Origin: Longimicrobiales bacterium
Lineage (GTDB): Bacteria; Gemmatimonadota; Gemmatimonadetes; Longimicrobiales; Gaopeijiaceae
Direction of reading: 5' to 3'
NCBI GenBank assembly: GCA_965219445.1
Contig: CBDCNQ010000004.1
Location: 1,164,103 to 1,228,102 of the forward strand
Length of the DNA: 64,000 nucleotides
Positions 31,747 through 42,250 of this stretch are shown piece by piece (within the stretch, counting starts at the first letter, position 1; every line of letters starts with the position of its first letter). The notes beneath the pieces are model-generated. The model had not been told where the DNA came from and ran no database searches. It saw only the letters and a list, made by a program, of their open reading frames with translations. The position numbers and the translations under genes are program-made.

Positions 31747-34128
31747 TTGCGCCTTCAACCACATTGGGTTCTTCTAGCATCGGTGCCGGCTCTCGCGCTG
31801 ATTCTCTCGACGGCACCCGCGCCCCTGGCCGGTCAAACTCCGAACCCACCTCGGACGACAACGGCAGACGGTATTGACGATGTCCGGCAGCTTCGCGATC
31901 GAACATCAAATCCGGGTGTCCCGACCCTGGCCGAGCTGGGCCTCCTTCCTGGGCGGCCGAGGGTCACACCCACCCGGACGGACACACCGCCCGCGATCGA
32001 CGGGATGTTGGACGACGAGGTCTGGCTGACCGCTGCCCACATCACCGAGTTCACGCAGCAATCCCCCTTCGAGGGCGAGCCAGCCACCGAGGAGACCGAC
32101 GTCTACATCGCGTACGACTCGGACAACATGTACTTCGGCTTTCACGTGCATTACGAGGACCCGTCCATCATGCGGGCGAACAGGGTCGACCGGGATGGAG
32201 CAGCCATGGACGACCTGATGACCGTGTACTTCGACACGTTCACGGACCAGCAGCGTGGGTACGACTTCGACGTGAACGGTTACGGCGTCCAGGGAGACGG
32301 GATCATGACCGCCGCCCGGGGCGGGGGTCGTGGTAGGGGTGGCGGTCGCGCGGTGACGGCTATTCCTCCGGCGGACAGATCCTGGGATGCGCTGTTCGAG
32401 ACCGGCGCGCGGATCGTCGAGGATGGGTTTGTGGCCGAGATGGCGGTTCCCTTCAAGAGCCTTCGCTATCCCATGCCGCCCGATGGAGAGCCTCATCGTT
32501 GGGGCTTCCAGATCGTGCGCGAAGTCAAGTCGAAGGACCGCGAGAATCAGGTCTGGGCGCCGATGTCCCGCGATGAGACCAGCTTCTTCGCCCAGATGGG
32601 TGTGTTGGAGGGGATGACGGATCTCTCCACCAGTCGCAACATCGAGATCCTACCCACCTTTACAGCGATCCAGTACGGGGAGATCGATCCGACTCTGCCC
32701 GGCTTCGAGAATCAGGACGCGGATCCGGACGCGGGGGCAAACCTCAAGTACGGCATCACATCCGACCTGACTGCCGACTTCACGATCAACCCGGACTTTT
32801 CCCAAATCGAGTCGGACCGTCCGCAGATCGAGGTCAACCAGCGCTTCCCGCTCTTCTTCTCAGAGCTCCGGCCCTTCTTCGTGGAAGGAGCGGAAATCTT
32901 CAACATTCAGGCGCCGGTAACCTTCGTTCACACGCGGACGATCGTGGACCCTGACTACGGAGCAAAGCTGACCGGCCAGGTCGGAGGGTTCTCACTCGGA
33001 TTCCTCACCGCGAACGATGTCGCGCCTGGAAGGGTCGAGGATCCTGCAGAGACAGGCTTCGGCGAGAGGGCGTGGACCGTCATCGGGCGAGTCCGTTACG
33101 ATCTTTACGCCGAGTCGAATATCGGGGCAATCTTCACGGATCGGGAGTTCGTGGACAGCCACAGCCGGCTGGTCGGCACGGATGGCAACTTTCGGCTGAG
33201 TCCGACCATCGCGGCCGACTTCAGAGCCGTGGGCTCCTTCTTCAAAGACTTGGGGGAGGACGAAGTGGACGGCCACATGTTCCAGGCCGGCGTGCGGCGC
33301 GCCGGTCGCTTCTGGAGCTGGGGGCTCACCGGTTACGAGATCTCGCCTGAGTTCGCCACGCAGGTTGGTTTCGTCCGTCGGACGGATACAAGAAGGCTCG
33401 AGGGCAACGTAGGATATCGCTTCTGGCCTGAGACGTGGCTCATCGACTGGGGACCGCAGCTCACCCTCGGGCGGACGTACGATTTCGATGACGTCCTACA
33501 GGACGAGAACGTCGGTGCTCGCGTGAACTTCTCTTTCGCCCGAAACATCGGCCTGAATGCCAGCTTCGATCGAGACCTGGAGCGGTTCGAGGGGATCGAC
33601 TTCACCCAGCAAAGGGTTTCGATGGGCGGGAACGTAAACACCAATCGCCGATACCAGTTCGGGGGGAACATCGCGTTCGGCGATCAGATCTTCTTCGACG
33701 GGCCCTTCCTCGCCTACGAATTCCGTTGGAGTGTGAACGGCACCCTGCGTCCCTTGGACCGGCTGCAGACGAGCCTCAACTTCACGTCCAGCCACCTCAC
33801 GAATCCGAACGACGGCGATGCCGAGTTGTTCGACATCAAGATCATCCGGTCCCAGAACTATCTACAGCTCACGGACCGGTTGGGCTTGCGGAACATCACG
33901 GAGTGGAACACGGAAGACCAGACCTTCGATCTCAACTTCCTGTTCAACTATCGGGTGAACGCGGGAACGGTGTTCTTCATGGGATATGACGATCACTACC
34001 AGCAAGCCGACCTGATCGAGGGAGACCGGGATGGAGACGGAATCGACGAGCAGCTCTTCTTCCGGGATAGGCTCCGGCGAACGAATCGGGCGATCTTCGT
34101 GAAGCTGCAGTATCTGCTCCGCTACTGA
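31747..34128 (+). CDS. DUF5916/CBM9-like outer-membrane protein (start uncertain)
   Basis: IDGMLDDEVW CBM9-like domain, DFTINPDFSQIESD, ELRPFFVEG, C-terminal VKLQYLLRY. Confidence 0.8.
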   Translation: MRLQPHWVLLASVPALALILSTAPAPLAGQTPNPPRTTTADGIDDVRQLRDRTSNPGVPTLAELGLLPGRPRVTPTRTDTPPAIDGMLDDEVWLTAAHITEFTQQSPFEGEPATEETDVYIAYDSDNMYFGFHVHYEDPSIMRANRVDRDGAAMDDLMTVYFDTFTDQQRGYDFDVNGYGVQGDGIMTAARGGGRGRGGGRAVTAIPPADRSWDALFETGARIVEDGFVAEMAVPFKSLRYPMPPDGEPHRWGFQIVREVKSKDRENQVWAPMSRDETSFFAQMGVLEGMTDLSTSRNIEILPTFTAIQYGEIDPTLPGFENQDADPDAGANLKYGITSDLTADFTINPDFSQIESDRPQIEVNQRFPLFFSELRPFFVEGAEIFNIQAPVTFVHTRTIVDPDYGAKLTGQVGGFSLGFLTANDVAPGRVEDPAETGFGERAWTVIGRVRYDLYAESNIGAIFTDREFVDSHSRLVGTDGNFRLSPTIAADFRAVGSFFKDLGEDEVDGHMFQAGVRRAGRFWSWGLTGYEISPEFATQVGFVRRTDTRRLEGNVGYRFWPETWLIDWGPQLTLGRTYDFDDVLQDENVGARVNFSFARNIGLNASFDRDLERFEGIDFTQQRVSMGGNVNTNRRYQFGGNIAFGDQIFFDGPFLAYEFRWSVNGTLRPLDRLQTSLNFTSSHLTNPNDGDAELFDIKIIRSQNYLQLTDRLGLRNITEWNTEDQTFDLNFLFNYRVNAGTVFFMGYDDHYQQADLIEGDRDGDGIDEQLFFRDRLRRTNRAIFVKLQYLLRY

Positions 34129-34179
34129 GGGCGTAGAGGTCCAGTCGGACCGTCGGTCCCTGGGGAACGGGGTCGGGCG

Positions 34180-34200
34180 CCGACCTCACGCTTATCAGGC
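34180..34200 (-). tRNA. tRNA-Ile fragment, 21-bp direct repeat of 31441-31461
   Basis: CCGACCTCACGCTTATCAGGC exact match. Confidence 0.75.
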
Positions 34201-34492
34201 CCTTCCGTTCGGGATCGAATCACGGCAAGGAATCGTCTAAACCCTTACGGGGCTGCACGATCTGCCGCCCTTGCCAACATGTGATGCCGGAAGCTGCCGG
34301 GGTTCAACAGCGGGAATAACGGCGGGAACAGCGGGAAAAAGAGCGGGAATTTCTACGCTCAAACCCACCCCTCAACCCCTGATCATTTCTTCGGGTGGTC
34401 ATCCACGTGAGCCCTCCGTGACGGGGCCAAGAGTGCGCTGTAAACTGGGCTTGGTGCGTCTAGCCCTCTTCCACCCACCGTGAGGCTCTCCT

Positions 34493-34850
34493 ATGAAAAA
34501 GCTCAATGAGCGGTTGGCGCTCTATGCGCTGCTCATAGTCGGGCAATACGACGAGGGCCGCGAAGCACTGGCAAACTACGCGCGACTGAGAACCGATGAC
34601 GTTGACGTAGACGCATGGAGCGCAGCATTTGAAGCGGCGGTTCGCTACCGCGAAACCGGTGAGCCGCAGCCTCTTTCTGAATTAGGGGACGTGGCTACGG
34701 GGCAGAGCTGGGTGTACGCGGAGACAGGACACGCCGACCGCGCAATCGAGCTGCTCGAAGAACTCGTCGGGGAAGGAATCTACGGATGGTTGGCATCTAG
34801 CCACGTACGGCACTTATCCGAGCTCCTGAGCGACGACCCCCGCTCAGCGA
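34493..34850 (+). pseudogene. TPR-like C-terminal fragment (probably of a kinase/TolB-type protein)
   Basis: VYAETGHADRAIELLEE..LLSDDPR; the ORF then runs into antisense of the next gene. Confidence 0.4.
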
Positions 34851-35065
34851 AGCCACACTCACGATCCATCTGGAGGAATCTGGTGAGAGCCAGAGGTTCT
34901 TGGCGACCGTTCTGGGAGGGGTCCCCGCTTTCGGACGCTGGGGACCCCAAGTTCAGCGCAGCGGCATGCACCAACGCCGTAAATCAACAGCTCCCCGCTC
35001 ACCGCTCCCAGCGCAATGGTGGGAAGGGACCGGGCGGGAGTTCTTCTAACTTCTATCTTCTTTTC

Positions 35066-38000
35066 TCAGAAGCCGATAACCGCATTGGAGACGGCTCGGG
35101 GCTGGGGAGGCATGGAGTAGACGTTTCGTTCGTAGTCCCGGTTGTACGGACTGATGTTCAACGTTTCATCCCCGACCACGAGTGTGCTGCTTCCGCCGGG
35201 ATCAAAGCCCATGGCGCTCTCTGCGCCGCGCGCGGAAAGAATCTCGGCCATTTCCACATGGGTCGCACCGACCGATTCTCGGATGCGTCCGTTCACGGTC
35301 AACACCGAGAGCGTACCGCTCCCGTCGACTCCGACCGCGATCCTCGGCCCTCTCATGGCGAGGTAGTCGAGCCGCGCCGCCTGTGTGGCGAGCGAATTCT
35401 TGGTCTTCCAGCCCTCCGCATCCATATCGATGCAACTGCAGCCACCGGACACGAGCATCGGCCCCGCTTCCACCGCCTGATCCACGTCGACCAGGTCCGT
35501 TAGTTCGAAATCGAGCCGCGCGCCATCGACCCATCCGTCCGGCAACTCGCCTCTGGCGAAGGAGAGACACAGTCCCACCGGCAACACCGGAACGTCTTGA
35601 CCGGCGCCGGTGTGGATCACCTCCATCACCTGCGTGCCGGCCAACCTCACCAGTGTCCGTCCATCCCCGGGCAGCTCGCTCCCCGGGAATAACAGATCGT
35701 AGACGCAGGGTCCCGCTCCCGGTGTCACCGCGTTGTAACAACTGCGTTCGAAGTCCACTGACACGCCCGCGCCGCTGACTCGCATGCCGGACCGAGCGTT
35801 GACCCTCCGAATGGAGAGCGAGCCGTCGATTCCCACCAATAGTGCCGGCTTGTTGAAGAGTGGGGGACAGATGACCTCGCCGTCTGAGATGATCATACCC
35901 AGCGGAGAGCCGATGTAGGACTCCGGTAGGCCCAATTTGCCCACGAGCTCTGCGTTCAGGACATAGCCTCCGTTCCACGCGATGCGAGCCCTTGTTTTTG
36001 CACCCCGGTTGAAACGCGTGATGAAATCGAGCACAGTGCGGGGTGGTCCGTTAGACCGGACAATGCGGTACCGCATCCCTGCACCAGCCGGCACGCTGGC
36101 CAGCGCACCGGACCAGGGGAACCCGTCGGCGTAGAGCCCGTTGATGGCCTGCGCCTTGACAGCAGACCTCCTCCCAGCGGGTGGCGCTAACAGTTGCTCG
36201 AGGACGCTCACGACGGGCGATCCTCGCTCCTGGGCGTCTCGCCTCAATTCCTCGAGAACTTCCTTTTCACCCAGTCTCTCGCACGCCTCGCGAAACAGCG
36301 GCCCCTTGAACGTCTCGCTCAGGCTGCGCGCGGTCTGTATCGGCGTCGGGTAGGCGAGCGTAACCCTGAGACCTGCAGGCACCCACTGGACGTAGCCGTC
36401 GCCGGGCGAGAGGCCCATCACACTGGCCGTGAGTATGTCAGACACCTGTCCGACGTGGAACCGCTCGATGTCAACCATGTCGGTGGTGAGGGAAGCGTGT
36501 TCGGTCGCTCCGATCAGGAATCCACCCCCGGAGCGCACCTCGGCTAGCACGCGAAGGGCACGCTTGCCGAGTTGCCTGACGTCAATGCCCACCGAAATCT
36601 GGTTCGTCGGAACGACGCTGCAGACGCCGTTTTTAAACAGCAACCGCAGCTCCTCGTTGCGGATCTCATTGATGTAAGCCTTCAACGTATTAGCGGTGAG
36701 GTGGTTTCCCAGTGGGTTGCTGCGCTGAAAGATGTAGATAGGCGCCAGCTGCTTGCGCCTCAGAAGCCTGCCGGTCATCGTTTCGTGGGTCTCGAGACCG
36801 AGACGGGCACGCACCGATTGGAGGATGAAAAGTTCGATCTCCACCTGTAGCGGGCTGCCGGCGAAATACGCAATGGGCACGTCGGTCTGCAGGCGTTCCA
36901 AAAGCTTGGCCCGATCGTCGATCGCGAGGGATCCGCCGCACCTTTGCTCGATCATCAAATCCCAGTTCGAGAAATGGGACGCGCCGTGACGGGGCGCACC
37001 AAACGAAGGCGGCGCCGCCGCAATCTGCGCGAACAGCAGGTTGATGACGCCTGTCAACTCGTGCCAGGTGAGGTCGCGATACTTGTGGTTCCAGCGGTTG
37101 CGATGCCGATAGGCGAACGCGTGGTCGAACATGATCGGCAGGTCGCCCCCTCGAACCAAGAACAGATTGTCCACGCAATTGAAAAACTCGTGAAATTGTT
37201 CGCGACTCAGGATAGACGGGTCCGGGTTGTCGTACACCAACTGCTGAGCGAATGCGAAAGCCATCCCGCGCTGGCGCTGTTCTTCGACGCGGAAATAACT
37301 CGGGTCGATGAGCGACTTCAACATCAGCATGAACCCCATGCGTCCGTGGCCCGGCAGGTATTCGCGATTGTCGGTATTCATAACTGTGCCAAGCTCGCCG
37401 CGATGACGTCGCACTCGCCTCTCGAACCGCGATAGCACGTCCGATGCGGTCTCCAGGTCACGATCGTTTACCCGAAGTTGCCGGTGGAGCTGTCGGAAGC
37501 AACTCTCGAAGTCGCGGGCCAGCGATTCCATCGCGTAACGACCCTCAACGACCTGGCGGTTGTGTGCGTTGGCCGCCCTGAAACGCAGCGGTTGGAGCAA
37601 ATGCTCTTTGACAGACGTGATGAGAGCGGGTGTGATCCGATTGCGAAAAGAGATTACCTCCAATCGCTCGTCTCGTGCCAGGTGTTCGCCAATCACTTCG
37701 GCGAAAGCGTCCTCCGGATCGTAGCGCCGCGTCATTGTCGAAACACCACAGGCGGCGGATTCTATGATCGGTAGGCCACGGCCCTCCGTTTCACTCGGTA
37801 GCACCACGAGTGACGCAACCCCGTACAGGTCGGCGATCGTACACGGCCGGTCGAACTGTTTTCGAAAACCCGGATGGTCTATCCCGCTGAACAACAGCGC
37901 AAAAAACACCCGATCCTGCACAGACCCTGGAAGCTGGGACACGCACCTGTCGAAGTCACGCACCAGCCTCAGGAAGTAACGTTCGTTTTCGCCCGCCACC

Positions 38001-39211
38001 GGCCCCGTAACCAGCAGCGTAAGCTTGAGGTTCGGAGAGTCTTGGAAGGCGTTGATGAATTCCGCATCGGAAAACAGACGCGAAATGATGCGAAAGTTGG
38101 TTTCGATCTTCTTGCGCTTGATGATCCGAGTGGGCTGCAGCACGATCATGTTGTCGCGGACGAAATCCACGTTTCTCATTTCTCGGACCGCCAGCAGTAA
38201 TGGCTGCGGCCAATCGGCCGCCAGCGGGTTCTTTCGCAGGATTGCGGCGCCTGAATTGGCGCCGAGCCGCTTGCGTGATCCCGTCAGCAGGCTGGAGAGT
38301 TGCCGTAACACCTCGACGCGCCTGGGACGGTTGAGAGGTGCGTAGAGGGCCGTGTTCACGGCGGTACCCAACTCCGCGACGTTGGCCGGGTTGTGGCCAA
38401 ACCGCTGCACCAGTTGGGCCGATTGATTGCGGCTGATGTTAGCCGAAATCCAAGTACGCGCCGCCCAGGGATAGATCATTTGGATGATCGAGAATACCTC
38501 GCCCAGGTGCGAGTTGGTGAAGAAATGGTCGCGCGGTCCTGCAAGGCTCCCCTCCTTCTGTCGTGCTGCGCCGCCCTCCCAGTAGAAGTCGTGGTTGTTG
38601 GCGATGACCGGAATGCGCATGTGTTCGGAGATCAGCACCATCGCCAGGGCCAGGGCAACATTACCCGGGTTAGAATTGACGTTGATGATGTACAACAAAC
38701 GAATGTCACAACGCTCGATCAGCCTTCCGAGGCGTTCCGCGAGAACGAGCACGTCATCCCAGAGCGCGAGAATCAGGGAGTTGTAGAGAGGGCTTCCCCG
38801 CTCCATGCGACGATGGAAGAAGTCCCTGTAGAGGTGCCAGTCAGCAAATCCGTCAATCTCGGGCAACACGTGGCGCTCGACCCTGGGACCCACGATCGGT
38901 TCCGCGCGAACATCGAAACGACCCGTGATCAGGTGGAGTTGCGGCTCCGGCAGTACGTGCCGCATAGCCTCGACGTATTTCGCAATCTCCACTGTAACGC
39001 CATCCACCGAGCAGTGGAATGTCACAAGCCCCACTCCGCGACTTATGTGCCGGGCGAAGGCGTCTAAATCATCGTCGAAATTCAGGCTCGGTGTGCCGCG
39101 CCCGTCGCGGAGCCGGTCGAGCATCAACCCCAGGTCGAACCAGGTGGTTATACCCTCGTCTCGCAGGGCATCGATCATGCGGTCCGCGCTGTAGCGCCGT
39201 CCTCGGTGCAC
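35066..39211 (-). CDS. 1381-aa fusion: GT-B glycosyltransferase, unknown central domain, phosphodiester glycosidase (NAGPA-like)
   Basis: DGVTVE, NHDFYWEG, PTRIIKRKKIE, PSETEGRGLPIIE; C-terminal NGGY, AGPMLV, PRIAVG, FDPGGSSTL. Confidence 0.8.
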   Translation of the reverse strand: MHRGRRYSADRMIDALRDEGITTWFDLGLMLDRLRDGRGTPSLNFDDDLDAFARHISRGVGLVTFHCSVDGVTVEIAKYVEAMRHVLPEPQLHLITGRFDVRAEPIVGPRVERHVLPEIDGFADWHLYRDFFHRRMERGSPLYNSLILALWDDVLVLAERLGRLIERCDIRLLYIINVNSNPGNVALALAMVLISEHMRIPVIANNHDFYWEGGAARQKEGSLAGPRDHFFTNSHLGEVFSIIQMIYPWAARTWISANISRNQSAQLVQRFGHNPANVAELGTAVNTALYAPLNRPRRVEVLRQLSSLLTGSRKRLGANSGAAILRKNPLAADWPQPLLLAVREMRNVDFVRDNMIVLQPTRIIKRKKIETNFRIISRLFSDAEFINAFQDSPNLKLTLLVTGPVAGENERYFLRLVRDFDRCVSQLPGSVQDRVFFALLFSGIDHPGFRKQFDRPCTIADLYGVASLVVLPSETEGRGLPIIESAACGVSTMTRRYDPEDAFAEVIGEHLARDERLEVISFRNRITPALITSVKEHLLQPLRFRAANAHNRQVVEGRYAMESLARDFESCFRQLHRQLRVNDRDLETASDVLSRFERRVRRHRGELGTVMNTDNREYLPGHGRMGFMLMLKSLIDPSYFRVEEQRQRGMAFAFAQQLVYDNPDPSILSREQFHEFFNCVDNLFLVRGGDLPIMFDHAFAYRHRNRWNHKYRDLTWHELTGVINLLFAQIAAAPPSFGAPRHGASHFSNWDLMIEQRCGGSLAIDDRAKLLERLQTDVPIAYFAGSPLQVEIELFILQSVRARLGLETHETMTGRLLRRKQLAPIYIFQRSNPLGNHLTANTLKAYINEIRNEELRLLFKNGVCSVVPTNQISVGIDVRQLGKRALRVLAEVRSGGGFLIGATEHASLTTDMVDIERFHVGQVSDILTASVMGLSPGDGYVQWVPAGLRVTLAYPTPIQTARSLSETFKGPLFREACERLGEKEVLEELRRDAQERGSPVVSVLEQLLAPPAGRRSAVKAQAINGLYADGFPWSGALASVPAGAGMRYRIVRSNGPPRTVLDFITRFNRGAKTRARIAWNGGYVLNAELVGKLGLPESYIGSPLGMIISDGEVICPPLFNKPALLVGIDGSLSIRRVNARSGMRVSGAGVSVDFERSCYNAVTPGAGPCVYDLLFPGSELPGDGRTLVRLAGTQVMEVIHTGAGQDVPVLPVGLCLSFARGELPDGWVDGARLDFELTDLVDVDQAVEAGPMLVSGGCSCIDMDAEGWKTKNSLATQAARLDYLAMRGPRIAVGVDGSGTLSVLTVNGRIRESVGATHVEMAEILSARGAESAMGFDPGGSSTLVVGDETLNISPYNRDYERNVYSMPPQPRAVSNAVIGF

Positions 39212-39222
39212 GATGACTCACC

Positions 39223-40497
39223 TCACTGGGGAAAGATCGCCTGAAGCTTTTGCTCCAACACGTCGAACGAGAAGTGCCTCCGCCCCAGTTCGAAGTTATG
39301 CTCGGCGATTTCCACCTGGAGTGCCTGATCGTGGACAATCCGGTCGATTTCGGCCACGGCCTCGTCCGTGAGGTTATTGTCCTCCAGCATCACGGTCTTG
39401 AAGCCGTGGCTGCCGATATCCGGCCAGTAAACAGGTTTGTAGTTGTTCACGAAAACGGGCCTCCGGGCGACGACCGCCTCGACAAACGCGTTTCCGAAGC
39501 CCTCGTAGGTGCTGAAATAGGTGCAGGCGACGGCGTGTGCGTAGGCGTCGGCCAGGGAGAAAATCCGCTCGCCCGTACTCGACGATCCCCGGCCGCTGAG
39601 AAGCTTGTGGTGGGCAAAGAGGACCCGGTCTTTCAAACCGTTCCTCCCGATCTGCCCGAGAAGCTCCCTGTAGTAGCCCTTGCGATAATCGTCGGCCGCG
39701 CTCCCGGTGATTACCAATTTGACCTTCGGGTCTTCCAGCCGGTCGACGAGTTCGACGGCAACTTCGATCCCCTTGCGCTGGACAATCCTGGTGATCTGGA
39801 AAAGGGGGATGTCACCTTCCTGTAGCCCTATGCTCCCGGGCAGATGGGCGTTGTACAAATCCTTTTGAGCGAAAGGTTTGTCGAAATCCATCACGTTGGG
39901 CACGACCATGGCATCGATGTCGAACTTCTCCTTGAGAACGCCCTTCTGATTGGAGTTGATCACGGCGTGTCGGGCATTGGAGGTACGCAGGGGGAACGTC
40001 TCTTCGACTATCTGCGTGATTTCGGGAAACGGTGAGGCGTAACGCGAGCCCCGCTCCCAGGAGAAATCGTGGTGATGAATGACGATCGGAAGATCGAGCA
40101 GCTCCGCACAACGCATGATGCCCATGCCCAGCGACAAATGGGCTGGCAAGGACGATGCGTTCTCGACGAGGAGCACCTCGATGCGACAGTCCAGGATCCA
40201 CTGGAAAATAGTAGTTGCAACGTGATTGGCGGTCCCGTCAAGGTGACTCAGCAGTCGTTCGGAATCATCCGGTGGAAAGAAAAAGGCCCGGTTCTGCTCC
40301 CATTCGCACTCGGGGGAAAAGAACGAGAGAAACCGAAGGGCCTTCTGGTTCTCCGGTTCAATCACATCCTCTTTGAAATGACCGGAAAGAATGAATATCT
40401 CGTGCCCCATTTTCTTCAGGACTTCTATCCACTTTTCAGTCTCCAAGGCGACGCCGTCGACGTCCCCGATGCGACCGATGATTATTCCGATTTTCAT
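39223..40497 (-). CDS. GT4 glycosyltransferase (mannosylglucosylglycerate-synthase-like)
   Basis: DVDGVALE, HHDFSWER, TRIVQRKGIE, STYEGFGNAFVE. Confidence 0.82.
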   Translation of the reverse strand: MKIGIIIGRIGDVDGVALETEKWIEVLKKMGHEIFILSGHFKEDVIEPENQKALRFLSFFSPECEWEQNRAFFFPPDDSERLLSHLDGTANHVATTIFQWILDCRIEVLLVENASSLPAHLSLGMGIMRCAELLDLPIVIHHHDFSWERGSRYASPFPEITQIVEETFPLRTSNARHAVINSNQKGVLKEKFDIDAMVVPNVMDFDKPFAQKDLYNAHLPGSIGLQEGDIPLFQITRIVQRKGIEVAVELVDRLEDPKVKLVITGSAADDYRKGYYRELLGQIGRNGLKDRVLFAHHKLLSGRGSSSTGERIFSLADAYAHAVACTYFSTYEGFGNAFVEAVVARRPVFVNNYKPVYWPDIGSHGFKTVMLEDNNLTDEAVAEIDRIVHDQALQVEIAEHNFELGRRHFSFDVLEQKLQAIFPQ

Positions 40498-40559
40498 ATC
40501 ATTAACTTACTGTGTTGGATCTGAAGTCGCCGCCACGGTGGGCGTCGGGTGGGAGAGCG

Positions 40560-40798
40560 ATACGACGGATGAGAGAATGGGATTGTACTGGGTCAGAACG
40601 CCGACTTTCTGGATGCCTGAGTTGACACAATTGGACAACGCAAAATCGATGATCCGGAATTTCCCGCCAAAGGGTACCGCCGGCTTGGCTCGCCATTCGG
40701 TCAACATTCTCGAGGCGGGAGCCGCGACCGCCGGCGAGGATAAGCGCTACCGTGTCGCGGGTGAGCCGGCTGACGAACCGGGACTGTCTTGCGGGCAT
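40560..40798 (-). pseudogene. glgC: ADP-glucose pyrophosphorylase N-terminal fragment
   Basis: [11 protein letters not shown] / [26 protein letters not shown]; frameshifted and truncated. Confidence 0.88.
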
Positions 40799-40881
40799 CT
40801 AAAGCTCTTTCACGGGTCGGGATAACGTGAGGGGCAGGACCAAAGCGGTCAACAACGCGGTTCTCTCACGCTTCCGGAGGG

Positions 40882-42078
40882 TTACATCTGACTCGTCATG
40901 ATAAACAACGGCCGTGACCCGAACGTGCTGTACTTCGGCCTGAGCCGCTCGGTGTTGTAGAAGAGGTCCACGTCCACGACCTTCTTCTCCACCACCAAAT
41001 CCACGGGCACCGAGGAGTATACTCCGTTGCGGACCGCCACGAGGAGCCCAACTCTGTTCTCCAGGATGAGGTCCAGCGCCAGGTTTCCGAAGGCCATGGG
41101 TACGATGGAGTCCAGGGCGTCGGGATCCCCGGAGCGCACCAGGTAGCCGAGTCGCTGGTTCACAGTGTTGATCTGCTTCCCGTCGTTGAATTGGGATGAA
41201 ATCCGCTTGATGGCTTCCGATAGTCGGTCCCCGATCCCCCCGAGCTTCTTGTGCCCGAACTGGTCGGTCTCATCGGTGGAGAAGACCATCGCCTCCTGCC
41301 CCACCATGGTGGAGCCCTCGGACACCAGGACCACCGAGTAGCTGCTCGGATTCCGCGCCCGGTCGTCCGCCAAGAGTTCGGTAAGCAGGGCGGGATCGAC
41401 GGGATACTCTGGGATCACGCACCGGTCCGCCGCTCCGGCCATAGTGGGAAGCATCGCCGTGAACCCTGCGTACCGACCGAAGACCTCGATGACCAGGATC
41501 CGCTCGTGGGACCCTGCCGATGTGCGCAGCCGATGGGTCAACTCGATGGTTCGGGTCACGCAGGTGCTGAAGCCGATGCAGTAGTCGGTGCCCGGGACGT
41601 CGTTGTCCATGGTCTTGGGAATGGCCACCACCTTCACCCCCTCCCGGTGGAGGTGGTACGCGTACGACAGGGTGTCGTCACCCCCGATGGGGATGAGGTA
41701 GTCCACACCCAGGAAGTCCAGGTTCTTCAGGATGTCCGGCGTGAGGTCGTTGATCTCGTCCTGGTACTTATCCTTCAGGTGCTCCGGCACGAATGCCTTC
41801 GGCAGATGGCTCGCCCGCGTCCGGGACGTGTGCAGGAACGTGCCGCCGGTTCGACCGGCCCGCTGGACGATCTCGGAGGTGATTTCGACGACACAGGCCG
41901 AGTTGTCGGCGTCCTTGTCGGGCACGAGGTCCGCCAGGCCTCGCCACCCGCGACGGATCCCGAGCACGCGGTAGCCCTCCCTCAGCGCTCGCATCGTGAC
42001 GGCTCGGATGGCCGGATTCAGGCCAGGTACATCGCCGCCGCCCGTGAGAATGCCAATGGTTCCCTTTGCACGAGCCAT
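40882..42078 (-). CDS. 6-phosphofructokinase, probably PPi-dependent
   Basis: TGGGDVPGLN, GGDDT and PKTMDND (Asp/Lys signature of PPi-PFK). Confidence 0.9.
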   Translation of the reverse strand: MARAKGTIGILTGGGDVPGLNPAIRAVTMRALREGYRVLGIRRGWRGLADLVPDKDADNSACVVEITSEIVQRAGRTGGTFLHTSRTRASHLPKAFVPEHLKDKYQDEINDLTPDILKNLDFLGVDYLIPIGGDDTLSYAYHLHREGVKVVAIPKTMDNDVPGTDYCIGFSTCVTRTIELTHRLRTSAGSHERILVIEVFGRYAGFTAMLPTMAGAADRCVIPEYPVDPALLTELLADDRARNPSSYSVVLVSEGSTMVGQEAMVFSTDETDQFGHKKLGGIGDRLSEAIKRISSQFNDGKQINTVNQRLGYLVRSGDPDALDSIVPMAFGNLALDLILENRVGLLVAVRNGVYSSVPVDLVVEKKVVDVDLFYNTERLRPKYSTFGSRPLFIMTSQM

Positions 42079-42250
42079 ATAGGACTTCCCCCTGAATCTC
42101 GGATGCGTAGAATCGTCGTACGGGAATGGCGGCGCAACGGTTGAGTTCAGCGAGGGCTACTGGTGGCGTACTACTTGGTTGAAGCAGTGGCTAAGGGAAG
42201 AGGACTATTTGGAGTTGGCCCCGCACGGTGGACGGTTTTGGACTAGAGAT

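Noticed and set aside
31173..34360. Possible CRISPR array from recurring short repeats
   Set aside because: No regular repeat-spacer period and no cas genes; the repeats are tRNA fragments and arm-like sites.
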